Below, piece by piece: positions 55,242-64,000 of a DNA stretch of 64,000 nt. The position numbers and the translations under genes were made by a program. Numbering within the stretch: the stretch's first letter is position 1; every line of letters begins with the position of its first letter. Source of the DNA: Gemmatimonas sp. (GTDB lineage Bacteria > Gemmatimonadota > Gemmatimonadetes > Gemmatimonadales > Gemmatimonadaceae); the NCBI GenBank assembly GCA_031414535.1, contig JANNVQ010000029.1:128001-192000 (forward strand), in the 5' to 3' direction. The notes under the pieces were generated by a model. It made no database searches. It saw only the letters and a program-made list of their open reading frames with translations, and was not told the DNA's origin.

Positions 55242-57890
55242 ATGACCGATGTGATGCAGCGCCTCTCGAAGGCCCTCGCCGACCGCTACCGCATCGAGCG
55301 CGAACTCGGCGCGGGCGGTATGGCCACGGTGTACCTCGCCGAGGACCTCCGGCATCGTCGCAAAGTCGCGCTCAAGGTGCTGCGCCCTGAGCTCGCGGCC
55401 GTCATCGGCGCCGAGCGCTTCCTTCAGGAGATCACCACTACCGCGGCGCTACAACATCCGCACATCCTCCCGCTGTTCGATTCTGGCGAGGCGGACGGCT
55501 TCCTTTTCTATGTGATGCCGTTCATCGATGGCCAAACGCTACGCGAGCGGCTGCAACGCGAGCGGCAGCTGGGCCTCGATGACGCATTACGAATCACGCG
55601 GGAAGTGGCGGATGCGCTGCAGTATGCGCACGAGCACGGCGTAATTCATCGCGACATCAAGCCGGAGAACATCCTGCTCGCCAACGGCCGTCCGATGGTC
55701 GCCGACTTCGGCATCGCGCTCGCGGTCCAGCAGGCTGGCGGCGAGCGGATGACGCAGACTGGACTCTCGCTCGGCACGCCGCAGTATATGAGTCCAGAGC
55801 AGGCGATGGGCGAGCGTACGCTCGATGCGCGCGCCGACGTGTACGCGCTGGGTGCGGTGCTCTACGAGATGCTCACGGGCGACCCGCCGTTCACGGGGTC
55901 GAGTGTGCAGGCCATCGTGGCGCGCATCTTGAGTGAGCGGCCGACGCCAATCGAGACCCTGCGCGACACGGTTCCATCGTCCATCACGGCGGCGGTGTCG
56001 CGCGCACTCGCCAAGCTGCCGGCGGATCGTTTCGCCTCGGCGGCACAGTTTGCGCAGGCGCTCAGCAACACTGGCCAATCGGGGGCCGCATTCGCCGTCC
56101 AGCGTCCGAGCAAGCCTGGAGTCTCGCGCCTCGTTGCGGCGCTTGCCGCCGTCACGGTAATCAGCCTTGGCTTGGCCGCTTTCGCGCTCACTCGATCCAG
56201 CAGTACGGGCCTGGCGATGCAGTCCTTCGACGCGGCGCTACCAGATACCGCGAAGATGGCGCCCGAAGTGCAGTTCGCCACCGTCGGTTTCGGCGGCGCT
56301 GTGAGGAATCTCTCTCTGTCTCCCGATGGGAGCTTCCTCGTGTATGTGGTTCAGCGCAACGACTCCAGCTCCCTCTGGTACCGCAGCCTCATTGATGCCT
56401 CGCTACGCCGCATTCCCGGCACCGACGGTGCTATGTCGCCCCGCGTGTCTCCAGACGGGCAACGGATTGTCTTTTTGGCCAAGGGAAACCTCGTCATTGT
56501 GCCTCTCGAGGGCGGAGCACCGCGCGTGCTTCGCGAGGGGGTGAGTCGCAGCGCCGAATGGATCTCGCCGAGCAAGCTGTACGCCTTTGATAATGACGGA
56601 TATCGGCTCATCTGGATTGATGCCGATGCTGGTGTGCTTGAAGAGATATCGCTCGAGAGTCAGGGGATGCGCTGCATCTTCGGTGTGTGGCTCCCTGAGC
56701 AGGAACGCCTGCTCTGCAGCTTCAACGAGACGGCGAAGCTCTTCAATCCGCGCGTGCCTGGCGATACGGTGATTCGCACCACCGCAGCCAGTGGTGAGCT
56801 TGGCCCGCCAGTGTCTGGATCTAACTTCCGCATCATTGACGGGCGCTACTTGCTCTATGTGACGCTCGACGGCGAATTGCGGGCGGCGAGCTACGATGCC
56901 AAGAAGCTCAGCATCGGCCGTTCAGTCGCGCTAGCCTCGGGCGTGTACCGTGACGTCCTCGGTGCCACGCAGCTTGATATCTCCGCGAATGGCACACTGG
57001 TGTATGCGCCGGCCGCGGGCCCGATGTCCTTGCAACTCGTGGAACAGGAAGAAGGCGCGGCGCCGCTGCCCTTGCCGGTGGAACCTGCGGCGTTCCTCCG
57101 CTTCGATCTCACGCGCGAGCGGCGACGACTTGCTGCCGTCGTTGGCACGCGCGATGGGCAAGAGCTCCGCGTGTATGATTTGCGCTCCGGGCAGCGTTCG
57201 GTATGGTTGCGCGGGCAGGATATCCAGTTCCCCGCTTGGAGCCCGCGAGGGGACCGGCTTGCGGTGCAGATTCTCGTGGACGCACAGCGTCGTCTGGTGA
57301 TTGGTTCACCTGAATCATCGAGCGCTCCCGAGACGCTCAGTGTGGCAAGCGGCGCCATCTCCACGCTCGACGCGATGGAGTTCATTGACGAGCAGACCAT
57401 TTTGGTGCGTGACCCGGATAAAGCCTTCATCGCACGCCTAGACATCTCCACGAAGCCCGCGCGCCTCGACACCTTGGTGCAGGGTGGCATTTTCGCCAGC
57501 GTCTCGCCCGATAGACGGAGGCTGGTGTGGCACACGCCTCGAGGCGGCACGCTCTATGTGAGCAGTTTTCCACCCAACGACACGCGCAGCACCATCGCCG
57601 AGAATGCGGTAGAGCCGTTGTGGCTTTCTTCCACGGATTTGCTCTACCGCTCGGGCAACACGTGGTACCTCGCGCAACTCGATGCCGCTACCGGCGAACT
57701 CACGGGGCCCCCTCGCCGCTGGGGAAAAAATCCGCTGTTCCTCGATACTCCCGGGTGGTCAAACCGGCTTTCACACGATCGCGGCATCATTTATATGTCG
57801 CGTGTAGAAGCGGCTGCGGCATCCTACCTGCGACTGATGCCGGACTTCATCACTCGAATGAAGGCCGCGGTGGCCGCTGCGAATCGCTAA
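55242..57890 (+). CDS. Ser/Thr kinase 12: mosaic kinase-TM-divergent beta-propeller
   Basis: Hanks motifs; TM LVAALAAVTVISLGLAAFAL; sensor shares motifs with kinase 8. Confidence 0.92.
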   Translation: MTDVMQRLSKALADRYRIERELGAGGMATVYLAEDLRHRRKVALKVLRPELAAVIGAERFLQEITTTAALQHPHILPLFDSGEADGFLFYVMPFIDGQTLRERLQRERQLGLDDALRITREVADALQYAHEHGVIHRDIKPENILLANGRPMVADFGIALAVQQAGGERMTQTGLSLGTPQYMSPEQAMGERTLDARADVYALGAVLYEMLTGDPPFTGSSVQAIVARILSERPTPIETLRDTVPSSITAAVSRALAKLPADRFASAAQFAQALSNTGQSGAAFAVQRPSKPGVSRLVAALAAVTVISLGLAAFALTRSSSTGLAMQSFDAALPDTAKMAPEVQFATVGFGGAVRNLSLSPDGSFLVYVVQRNDSSSLWYRSLIDASLRRIPGTDGAMSPRVSPDGQRIVFLAKGNLVIVPLEGGAPRVLREGVSRSAEWISPSKLYAFDNDGYRLIWIDADAGVLEEISLESQGMRCIFGVWLPEQERLLCSFNETAKLFNPRVPGDTVIRTTAASGELGPPVSGSNFRIIDGRYLLYVTLDGELRAASYDAKKLSIGRSVALASGVYRDVLGATQLDISANGTLVYAPAAGPMSLQLVEQEEGAAPLPLPVEPAAFLRFDLTRERRRLAAVVGTRDGQELRVYDLRSGQRSVWLRGQDIQFPAWSPRGDRLAVQILVDAQRRLVIGSPESSSAPETLSVASGAISTLDAMEFIDEQTILVRDPDKAFIARLDISTKPARLDTLVQGGIFASVSPDRRRLVWHTPRGGTLYVSSFPPNDTRSTIAENAVEPLWLSSTDLLYRSGNTWYLAQLDAATGELTGPPRRWGKNPLFLDTPGWSNRLSHDRGIIYMSRVEAAAASYLRLMPDFITRMKAAVAAANR

Positions 57891-60034
57891 GCCGGCCGCG
57901 CGTTCACCGTCACCAACACCCCGCTGAACGCGGCGTTGCCCGTGAGCGCATCAATCGCCTGATCGTCCGTGAGGTCATTGATGCTCACGCCGGGATGCTC
58001 CGCCGCGATGCGCAACTGCGTGCCAGCGCGCCCATGCCCCCAGCCGTGCGGAAGGCTGACCACGCCGGGCATCATCTCGTCGCTCACCGCGAGCTCGGCG
58101 TCCACCGTCCCAACCCGAGCGTTGATGCGCACCACGGCGCCGTCGAACAGGTTGCGCGCCGCGGCATCACTCGGGTGCATCAGCAACGTGCAGCGATTCT
58201 TCCCTCGCACGAGCCGTTCCACATTGTGCATCCACGAGTTGCTTGAGCGTGTGGCGCGGCGGCCAATCAATGCGAGCGAATCGCCATTTGAGGCCGCCTG
58301 GCCAAGCAGGCGTGCTTCCAGTCTTGCAACGTCAGCCACGAAAAGCGCCGGCGCGGCGTGGATGCGTCGGTCTGGGGTGTGCAGCTTGGCGAGCAGGCAG
58401 GGCTTGAGCGCGCCGAGGTCTATGCCGTGTGGCTGTTGTTTCAGCGCGCCAAGCGAGATCCCGCGGCCCAGGGGTGAGAATCCCTTGCCATACGGACCAG
58501 TGCGTAGCGCATAGTCGAGCATCATCGAGGGCCCACCGATAGCTTGCGCCAGACCACGTAGCTTAGCGGGAACCCCGCGACTCAATCGCGAGGCGATTGA
58601 ATTCATAATCTGCCACTCGTGCCGCGCCTCAGCGGGCTTCTCAAACACCGGCGCCGAATACTTGGCCGTGTCGCGCACCGCGAGCGCATGAAAGATCACA
58701 TCGTAGTGCTCGCGCTCCAGCGGCGAACTCGGCGGCAGGATGAGATGCGCGTGCCGCGTCGTCTCGTTCAGGTAAAAGTCGATGGCGACGTAGAACTCCA
58801 TCTGCGCGAGTGCCGCGTCGAGACGAGTGCCATTGGGTGTGGAGAGCACAGGGTTGCCGCCGTGCGTCACAAAGCCACGCACTTGGCCGGGGCCGGCGGT
58901 GTCCATCTCCTCGGCCAGTGCCGCCACTGGAAGCTCGCCGGCGACCTCCGGCAGGCCACGCACACGAGTCTTCCAGCGGCCAAAGCGAGGTGTGCCGTCG
59001 CGCTGTTGGTCGGCGCGGAGCACATCCACGGCCGGCGACGTAAACATCGCGCCGCCCACTGCATCAATGCGTCCGCATACGAGGTTGAGCGCTGTGATCA
59101 ACCAAGTGGCCAGGCCTCCGAACTCCTGCATCGAGACGCCGACGCGCCCGTAGGCGACGCCAGTGGGCGCGGCCGCGAAGTCACGCGCCATCGTGCGAAT
59201 GGTTTCGGCCGCGATTCCGGTGGAGTCAGCAACGCGCTCCGGAGTAAAGCGCGCTGAAGTGTCCCGCAGGGCATCCACGCCATCGGTGACCGCGCTCAAG
59301 TGTCCACGACGCTCCAATCCCTCGGCGAATATCACCTGCAGCAATGCCAGGAGCAGCAGCGCGTCCGTGCCCGGGCGAATGGCGTGGTGCGCGTCGGCCA
59401 GCGCGGCAGTTTCGGTGCGACGCGGATCAATGACCACCACGCGACCACCACGTGCCCGAATGGCCTTGATCCGCTCCGAGGCACCGGGCGCCGTCATCAA
59501 ACTGCCATTCGATATCGCAGGGTTTGCGCCAAACACCAGCAGGTGGTCGGTGCGGTCGAGGTCCGGAACAGGGATGAGTAGCAGGTGCCCAAACATGTAC
59601 ATCGCCGCGACGTGCGCGGGCAGTTGGTCCACCGAGGTGGCACTGTAGCGATTCTTGGTGCGAAGCGCGCGCAAGAAGTCGCCTACGAAGAGCATCGCGC
59701 CGAGCGAGTGCACGGTGGGGTTGCCCACGTACGATGCCACGGCGTCACGCCCATGCTTCAGCTGCACGGCCTGAATGCCATTCACGGCGAGCGTGATGGC
59801 TTCATCCCAATCAATCCGCTTCCACTCCGTCCCCACCCGCTTCATCGGATGTCGGATGCGGTCGGGATCGCTATGGATATCCTGCAGGGCAACAGCCTTG
59901 GGGCAAATGTGCCCTTTGCTCAGCGGATCGTCGGCGTCGCCGCGAATCTCGAGGACTCGGTCACCCTCGGTGGTGATGACGAGGCCGCACATCGCCTCGC
60001 AGAGGGTGCAGGTGCGGAGCTTCTGGGTAGCCAT
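57887..60034 (-). CDS. Molybdopterin oxidoreductase (DMSO-reductase superfamily, N-terminal 4Fe-4S)
   Basis: CTLCEAMCG...HICPK, GANPAISNGS, VIDPRRTETA, LNETTRHAH, MHPSDAAAR, PGVVSLPHGWG. Confidence 0.92.
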   Translation of the reverse strand: MATQKLRTCTLCEAMCGLVITTEGDRVLEIRGDADDPLSKGHICPKAVALQDIHSDPDRIRHPMKRVGTEWKRIDWDEAITLAVNGIQAVQLKHGRDAVASYVGNPTVHSLGAMLFVGDFLRALRTKNRYSATSVDQLPAHVAAMYMFGHLLLIPVPDLDRTDHLLVFGANPAISNGSLMTAPGASERIKAIRARGGRVVVIDPRRTETAALADAHHAIRPGTDALLLLALLQVIFAEGLERRGHLSAVTDGVDALRDTSARFTPERVADSTGIAAETIRTMARDFAAAPTGVAYGRVGVSMQEFGGLATWLITALNLVCGRIDAVGGAMFTSPAVDVLRADQQRDGTPRFGRWKTRVRGLPEVAGELPVAALAEEMDTAGPGQVRGFVTHGGNPVLSTPNGTRLDAALAQMEFYVAIDFYLNETTRHAHLILPPSSPLEREHYDVIFHALAVRDTAKYSAPVFEKPAEARHEWQIMNSIASRLSRGVPAKLRGLAQAIGGPSMMLDYALRTGPYGKGFSPLGRGISLGALKQQPHGIDLGALKPCLLAKLHTPDRRIHAAPALFVADVARLEARLLGQAASNGDSLALIGRRATRSSNSWMHNVERLVRGKNRCTLLMHPSDAAARNLFDGAVVRINARVGTVDAELAVSDEMMPGVVSLPHGWGHGRAGTQLRIAAEHPGVSINDLTDDQAIDALTGNAAFSGVLVTVNARPA

Positions 60035-60036
60035 GC

Positions 60037-61506
60037 TTATGCTCCTCCCACAATCGCTTCAGCCTCAATCTCCACCATGTACTCGTCGCCGATGAGCCCC
60101 GCACACACCATCGTATTTGCCGGTTGAATGCCAGCAAAGCGCACACCGTGCGCCCGCGCGACTGGCTCCCAGTGCGCAATGTTCGAGACGTAGATGTGCG
60201 TGCGCACCACGTCCTCCAGCCGCCCGCCGAGCGACTCAATCGCGCCGGCAATCTTGTCAATCACAAAGTGCGTCTGCGCCGCTGGGTCGCTGCCGCCAAT
60301 CACACGCTCCCCGTGCGTCGCCGTCGTGCCCGACACCATGATGCGATCTCCAACGCGCACCGCGCGTGAATAGCCGGCGAGTGACTCCCACGCCGTGCCC
60401 GACAACGCACGACGCCGGCCGTCAGCATCCACACGCACTGGGTACGGCGCCGGGAACCCGTCCACGTGGTGACTGAGGTCGCCGCTGGCCGTGAGGTACG
60501 GCGGCTTCCGATACTCGTCGCCGCAGTCACCGCTGATGGGTTGCAGCGTGGCGAGTACCTCAGCCAGTTCCTGGCGGTCAGTTGCGCTCAGGCGAAGCGC
60601 ATCAATGCGCGCATTGTCTTCAATGTGCGCGCTTTGCCCCAATCGTGCGCCAACAATAACTCCGCCCACGGCAGGCGCATCGAGAATCACCCGCGCAGCG
60701 ACATTCGCGATGGACGCATCGTGGCGATCGGCCACGGCGCGCGCCACGCGCAAAACACGTTGCAAGGCATCCCAACCACCGGCCGCGCGGATAAATCTCC
60801 CGTACTTCATCTGCGACCAGGTCTCGAGCGCATCCCAATCAGGCTCATCGCGCCCCAACCAGCGATCCGAAAGAAATCCGCCAGCCAGCGTGCCAAACGC
60901 GAGCAGCGCGATGCCCTTGGACTCGCAGTACTCCGCCATCGCGCCGGCGGCACGCTGGTCGAGAAGGGAATAGCAGAGCTGGTTGCTGACAATGGGCACG
61001 CCACTCTCGACAATCAAGCGCAGGTGCGCCGTGTCGGTGTTGGTAACGCCCAAGTGTCGAATCAATCCCTCGCGACGCAACTCGTCGAGGTAGAACATCG
61101 CATCCAACCAACTCGGATGCGTGTACGCCCACGCGTGGAACTGCAGCAAATCTATCTGTGACACGTTCATTCGCGTCCGCGCACGGTCAACGGCGGCTCG
61201 CACTTGTTCGCGCGTGATGGGACCCGGCTCGGGCACCCACTTCGTGAGCGTCTCGATGGCCGGCCCCACCGAATTCGCGCGGTAGTGGCCGACGATATCC
61301 TCCGCCGAGCCGTAGTGGTCCGCCATATCAAACGTGGTGAATCCGGCGGCGGCGTACGGCAGAAGCGACTTTGCGGCTTCGTCACGCGGGAGCAGTTGGC
61401 CGCTGCGTTCGAGATCTGCGACCTGCCAGAGCCCCGTCAGTACTCGGGTAATCGACAGGTCTGCAGCCAAGGCGTATCGCGACGGCGTGCGCGTTGGGGC
61501 GTTCAT
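60037..61506 (-). CDS. Aldo/keto reductase fused to a C-terminal Rid (YjgF/YER057c) domain
   Basis: FDMADHYG, TKW, DLLQFH, SNQLCYSLLD; then WESLAGYSRAVRVG..SGTTA...VEIEAEA. Confidence 0.9.
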   Translation of the reverse strand: MNAPTRTPSRYALAADLSITRVLTGLWQVADLERSGQLLPRDEAAKSLLPYAAAGFTTFDMADHYGSAEDIVGHYRANSVGPAIETLTKWVPEPGPITREQVRAAVDRARTRMNVSQIDLLQFHAWAYTHPSWLDAMFYLDELRREGLIRHLGVTNTDTAHLRLIVESGVPIVSNQLCYSLLDQRAAGAMAEYCESKGIALLAFGTLAGGFLSDRWLGRDEPDWDALETWSQMKYGRFIRAAGGWDALQRVLRVARAVADRHDASIANVAARVILDAPAVGGVIVGARLGQSAHIEDNARIDALRLSATDRQELAEVLATLQPISGDCGDEYRKPPYLTASGDLSHHVDGFPAPYPVRVDADGRRRALSGTAWESLAGYSRAVRVGDRIMVSGTTATHGERVIGGSDPAAQTHFVIDKIAGAIESLGGRLEDVVRTHIYVSNIAHWEPVARAHGVRFAGIQPANTMVCAGLIGDEYMVEIEAEAIVGGA

Positions 61507-61533
61507 AGAATGAGCGTCTGAAGGTGCACTGGC

Positions 61534-63015
61534 TTACTCAGGTGGAAGCGTGGAGAATCGCTCTGCCAGCGAGACACCCGACCGCTCAAGGGCCGCGACC
61601 TCGCGCTGATAGATCAGCGTCCCAACCGCCATCACCAGCAGCCAGACCGGCGTGGAGCGGAAGTACCAGGCATCAACCGACGCCGTAAGGTCCTTCCACA
61701 CGTGCACCGTCAAAAAGAGCAACAACACGAGCACGCCTGACGCGGCTACGCCTGTGCGCAACACGGGACTGCTAATCACCTTCATATCAGCCGCCAACAC
61801 CGGGTTCGTGCGCGGCAGCGCAATCACCGAGACGCACATCAGCAGGAAGTTGACGAGCATCGAGACCACTAGCAGGTCAACGCCGAGGAAAAAGTCGCCG
61901 GCGAGGTGGCTGCCGAGGATACCGACGCTGGCCATCAATCCGCTGGCGACAATTGCTGCCACGGGCGTACGCCGAACAGGATGAATCATCCCAACTCGTT
62001 TGGGAAAGATGCCGTCCTCCGCCCACGCAAACATCAAGCGGGAGACTGAGAGAATCATCGCCGGAAGATCGTTCGTCAGGGCAATCGCCGCGCCGGCCAC
62101 GATGAGCACGGTGAACGTGGGGTCGAGCAGGTAGCCGAGTAGCCCCGGCGCGGTGAGATCGCGCGTGCCCGCTTCGGCAGCGACGAACCACCACGGCACC
62201 GTATTGTAGACGGCCCCAGCAAACGCGAAGTAGAACGTCGCGGTCACCAAGACGGCGACACCGATGGCGCGCGGTAAGTCGCGGGCTGGATGCCGCGCTT
62301 CACCGCCTGCCTGCGCAATCGCATCGAATCCGATAAAACTCGAGAAGAGCACCGCCGACGCCGACAAGAACGTGCGAAGATTAAACGGCGCGCTTGGCTC
62401 AGCGCCTAGGGTACGCTGCTCCTTGGCCAGCAGTGCCGCGGTGAAATCATCGTGGGAGAACGACCATCCCACCACAATCACAATCAAGCCGGCAAGGAAC
62501 ATCAACACCATCAAGGGGATCAGCGTTTTCTGATACGCGCCAAGGCCCCGCATGTTCACTAGCACGAATCCCCAGAGGAATGCCATCGCCAACGCGACGC
62601 GTGCCCAGCCGTGCTGTAGCATAACCGCGAGGTCGGCAAACCCAGAGGCGCTTGCGATGTCACTGAGGAACGCAGGGATGATGTACGACACCACGCCAAT
62701 GGCAATCGAGAGCCCGAACCATTGTGAGAACGAGGCCACGAACCCGAGGTAGGGGTTGAGCGCACGGCTGGCGTACAAGTAGCTGCCGCCGGCGCGCGGC
62801 ATCGCCGAGGCGAGTATTGCGTAACAGAGCGCGGCAAGCAGTGCCGGAACGGCTGCGAACGCGAACGCCGGCAACACCCAGGGGCCAATGCCCGGGACGT
62901 TCCGTTGAATCATGATTGGCACGACGTTGATCGAGGCTCCGATCATCGAGCAGATACCGGTGGCCGCGAGACCGAGCAGCCCGAGGTCGCGAGCGAGACG
63001 CGGAGACGAGGTCAT
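61534..63015 (-). CDS. APC family amino acid permease
   Basis: MIGASI, YAILASAMPRAGGSYLY, FIGFD...GEARHP.RDLPRAI, SRLMFAWAEDG.FP; GGAG RBS before ATG 63015. Confidence 0.92.
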   Translation of the reverse strand: MTSSPRLARDLGLLGLAATGICSMIGASINVVPIMIQRNVPGIGPWVLPAFAFAAVPALLAALCYAILASAMPRAGGSYLYASRALNPYLGFVASFSQWFGLSIAIGVVSYIIPAFLSDIASASGFADLAVMLQHGWARVALAMAFLWGFVLVNMRGLGAYQKTLIPLMVLMFLAGLIVIVVGWSFSHDDFTAALLAKEQRTLGAEPSAPFNLRTFLSASAVLFSSFIGFDAIAQAGGEARHPARDLPRAIGVAVLVTATFYFAFAGAVYNTVPWWFVAAEAGTRDLTAPGLLGYLLDPTFTVLIVAGAAIALTNDLPAMILSVSRLMFAWAEDGIFPKRVGMIHPVRRTPVAAIVASGLMASVGILGSHLAGDFFLGVDLLVVSMLVNFLLMCVSVIALPRTNPVLAADMKVISSPVLRTGVAASGVLVLLLFLTVHVWKDLTASVDAWYFRSTPVWLLVMAVGTLIYQREVAALERSGVSLAERFSTLPPE

Positions 63016-63043
63016 GAAATCTCCGTCAATCCAAGGATTGCGA

Positions 63044-64000
63044 TCACGGGCGCGGCGGAAGCGGCGTGCTACGGGCAAGGTCCTTCACCATCCGGTCGTC
63101 ACCCGTGAGTTCCCAGTAGATGAGCGAGGCAGGGATCATCCCGGCGCCGTTCACTTCCTCAAAGAAGCGCTGCATGGTGAATGCCGAGCCGAGTTGGCGC
63201 GCGCGTTGGGCCATCGCCTCTTCCATGAGGCGACCACCGGTCACGTACGCTGCTCCGTAGCCGGGTTGACGCAAATACAGATGCTGCTCAAAGCCGAGCA
63301 GGGGATCGCGGCGCATCCAGCCGCGCGGTGTCCACGCCACGTGGAAGTCGGCCGCCTCGGCCATCGTATACTCATTGCTGTGCGCGTAGAGATTGCCCAG
63401 TCCACGCGCCGCGCGCGCGGACAGCATGATCCACACGATCTCGCGCGAGCGCGGGCTGTTGTCGTAGAGCCCCGCGTGCATCATCCACTCTTCCATCACC
63501 GTAGCCATGCCCTCGGCGCGGCTCATCCACACGTTGTAAAGCAGCGGCGACCGCCGAATGGGGCTGGGGTGCGGCGCGACGCGAATCCGCATGTTGTCCC
63601 ACCAGTGCCACAGGTGGCTCCAGAGCGGGAGCGGGTCGCGGTGGTTACCCTGCGCGAAGAAGTTGCGGGTCGCCTCTGGTGCGAACGGTTGCATACGCTC
63701 ACGAAGCGCACGCTCAAACCAAGGTTCAACGGTGGTGAACTTCTTGTCAGCGAGGAAACGCATCATCTGCGCGATGGCTCGCTCCTGAAGTGCGGCGTAG
63801 GCCTCGGGCGTCTCAGCTACCGGCATCGGCGGCAGTGCGGCATTGCGCGTCTCCTCGAGCCGCAGCGACGCGTGCGAGCGCATCAACTCACGCCGCGTGA
63901 TGGTGACCTCATCCTCCCACGAGAACGGCATGAGCAGGACGTTTCTCAGATACCATGAGTACTGCTCCTTGCCGATGCCCGAGGGACCGGTGCGCTTGGG
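63044..64000 (-). CDS. DUF885-like protein, 5' truncated by the window edge
   Basis: Frame is open to base 64000; HLWH, RAEGMATVMEE, YLRQPGYGAAYVTG, GMIP resemble the DUF885 C-terminus. Confidence 0.7.
   Translation of the reverse strand, partial: PKRTGPSGIGKEQYSWYLRNVLLMPFSWEDEVTITRRELMRSHASLRLEETRNAALPPMPVAETPEAYAALQERAIAQMMRFLADKKFTTVEPWFERALRERMQPFAPEATRNFFAQGNHRDPLPLWSHLWHWWDNMRIRVAPHPSPIRRSPLLYNVWMSRAEGMATVMEEWMMHAGLYDNSPRSREIVWIMLSARAARGLGNLYAHSNEYTMAEAADFHVAWTPRGWMRRDPLLGFEQHLYLRQPGYGAAYVTGGRLMEEAMAQRARQLGSAFTMQRFFEEVNGAGMIPASLIYWELTGDDRMVKDLARSTPLPPRP

Noticed and set aside
12542..56078. Recurring similar antisense ORFs (e.g. QDVLRLDVAM)
   Set aside because: They are the reverse complement of the conserved HRDIKPEN coding region.
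62912..63958. 348-aa plus-strand ORF
   Set aside because: Antisense to the DUF885-like and permease genes, no motifs.
1..64000. CRISPR array, tRNA/rRNA, IS elements, intrinsic terminators
   Set aside because: No repeat-spacer periodicity, RNA gene signature, transposase or convincing hairpin-plus-U-tract found by eye; intergenic space is minimal.

Overview
High-GC, densely packed bacterial window. Its gene style (many 'ALADRYRIERELGxGGMATVYLA' kinases, lipoproteins, peptidases) suggests Gemmatimonadota, which is an inference. The main feature is a set of 12 Hanks-type Ser/Thr kinase genes, all on the + strand: ten in a tandem array at 10182-37673 and two at 52277-57890. Nine share the layout kinase, one TM helix, then a TolB/PD40 beta-propeller region. 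Their kinase domains are close to near-identical and fall into a few classes, while the C-terminal sensor regions are highly diverged. Kinase and sensor relationships disagree, and short identical DNA tracts are shared across kinase classes, suggesting a receptor-kinase repertoire diversified by recombination. Two divergent PIN toxin-antitoxin pairs sit inside the array, and the last toxin overlaps the start of the next kinase. The rest of the window holds a 1776-aa Ig-repeat lipoprotein, S9/M28/M42 peptidases, an FGE + sulfatase pair, an atypical NarL-family regulator, bciA (8-vinyl reductase, a hint of phototrophy), and a DUF885/APC/AKR-Rid/molybdopterin operon. Ten genes have a -10 box 5-7 nt before the start codon, suggesting leaderless mRNAs. 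No rRNA, tRNA, CRISPR, transposase, integrase or reverse transcriptase was recognised.
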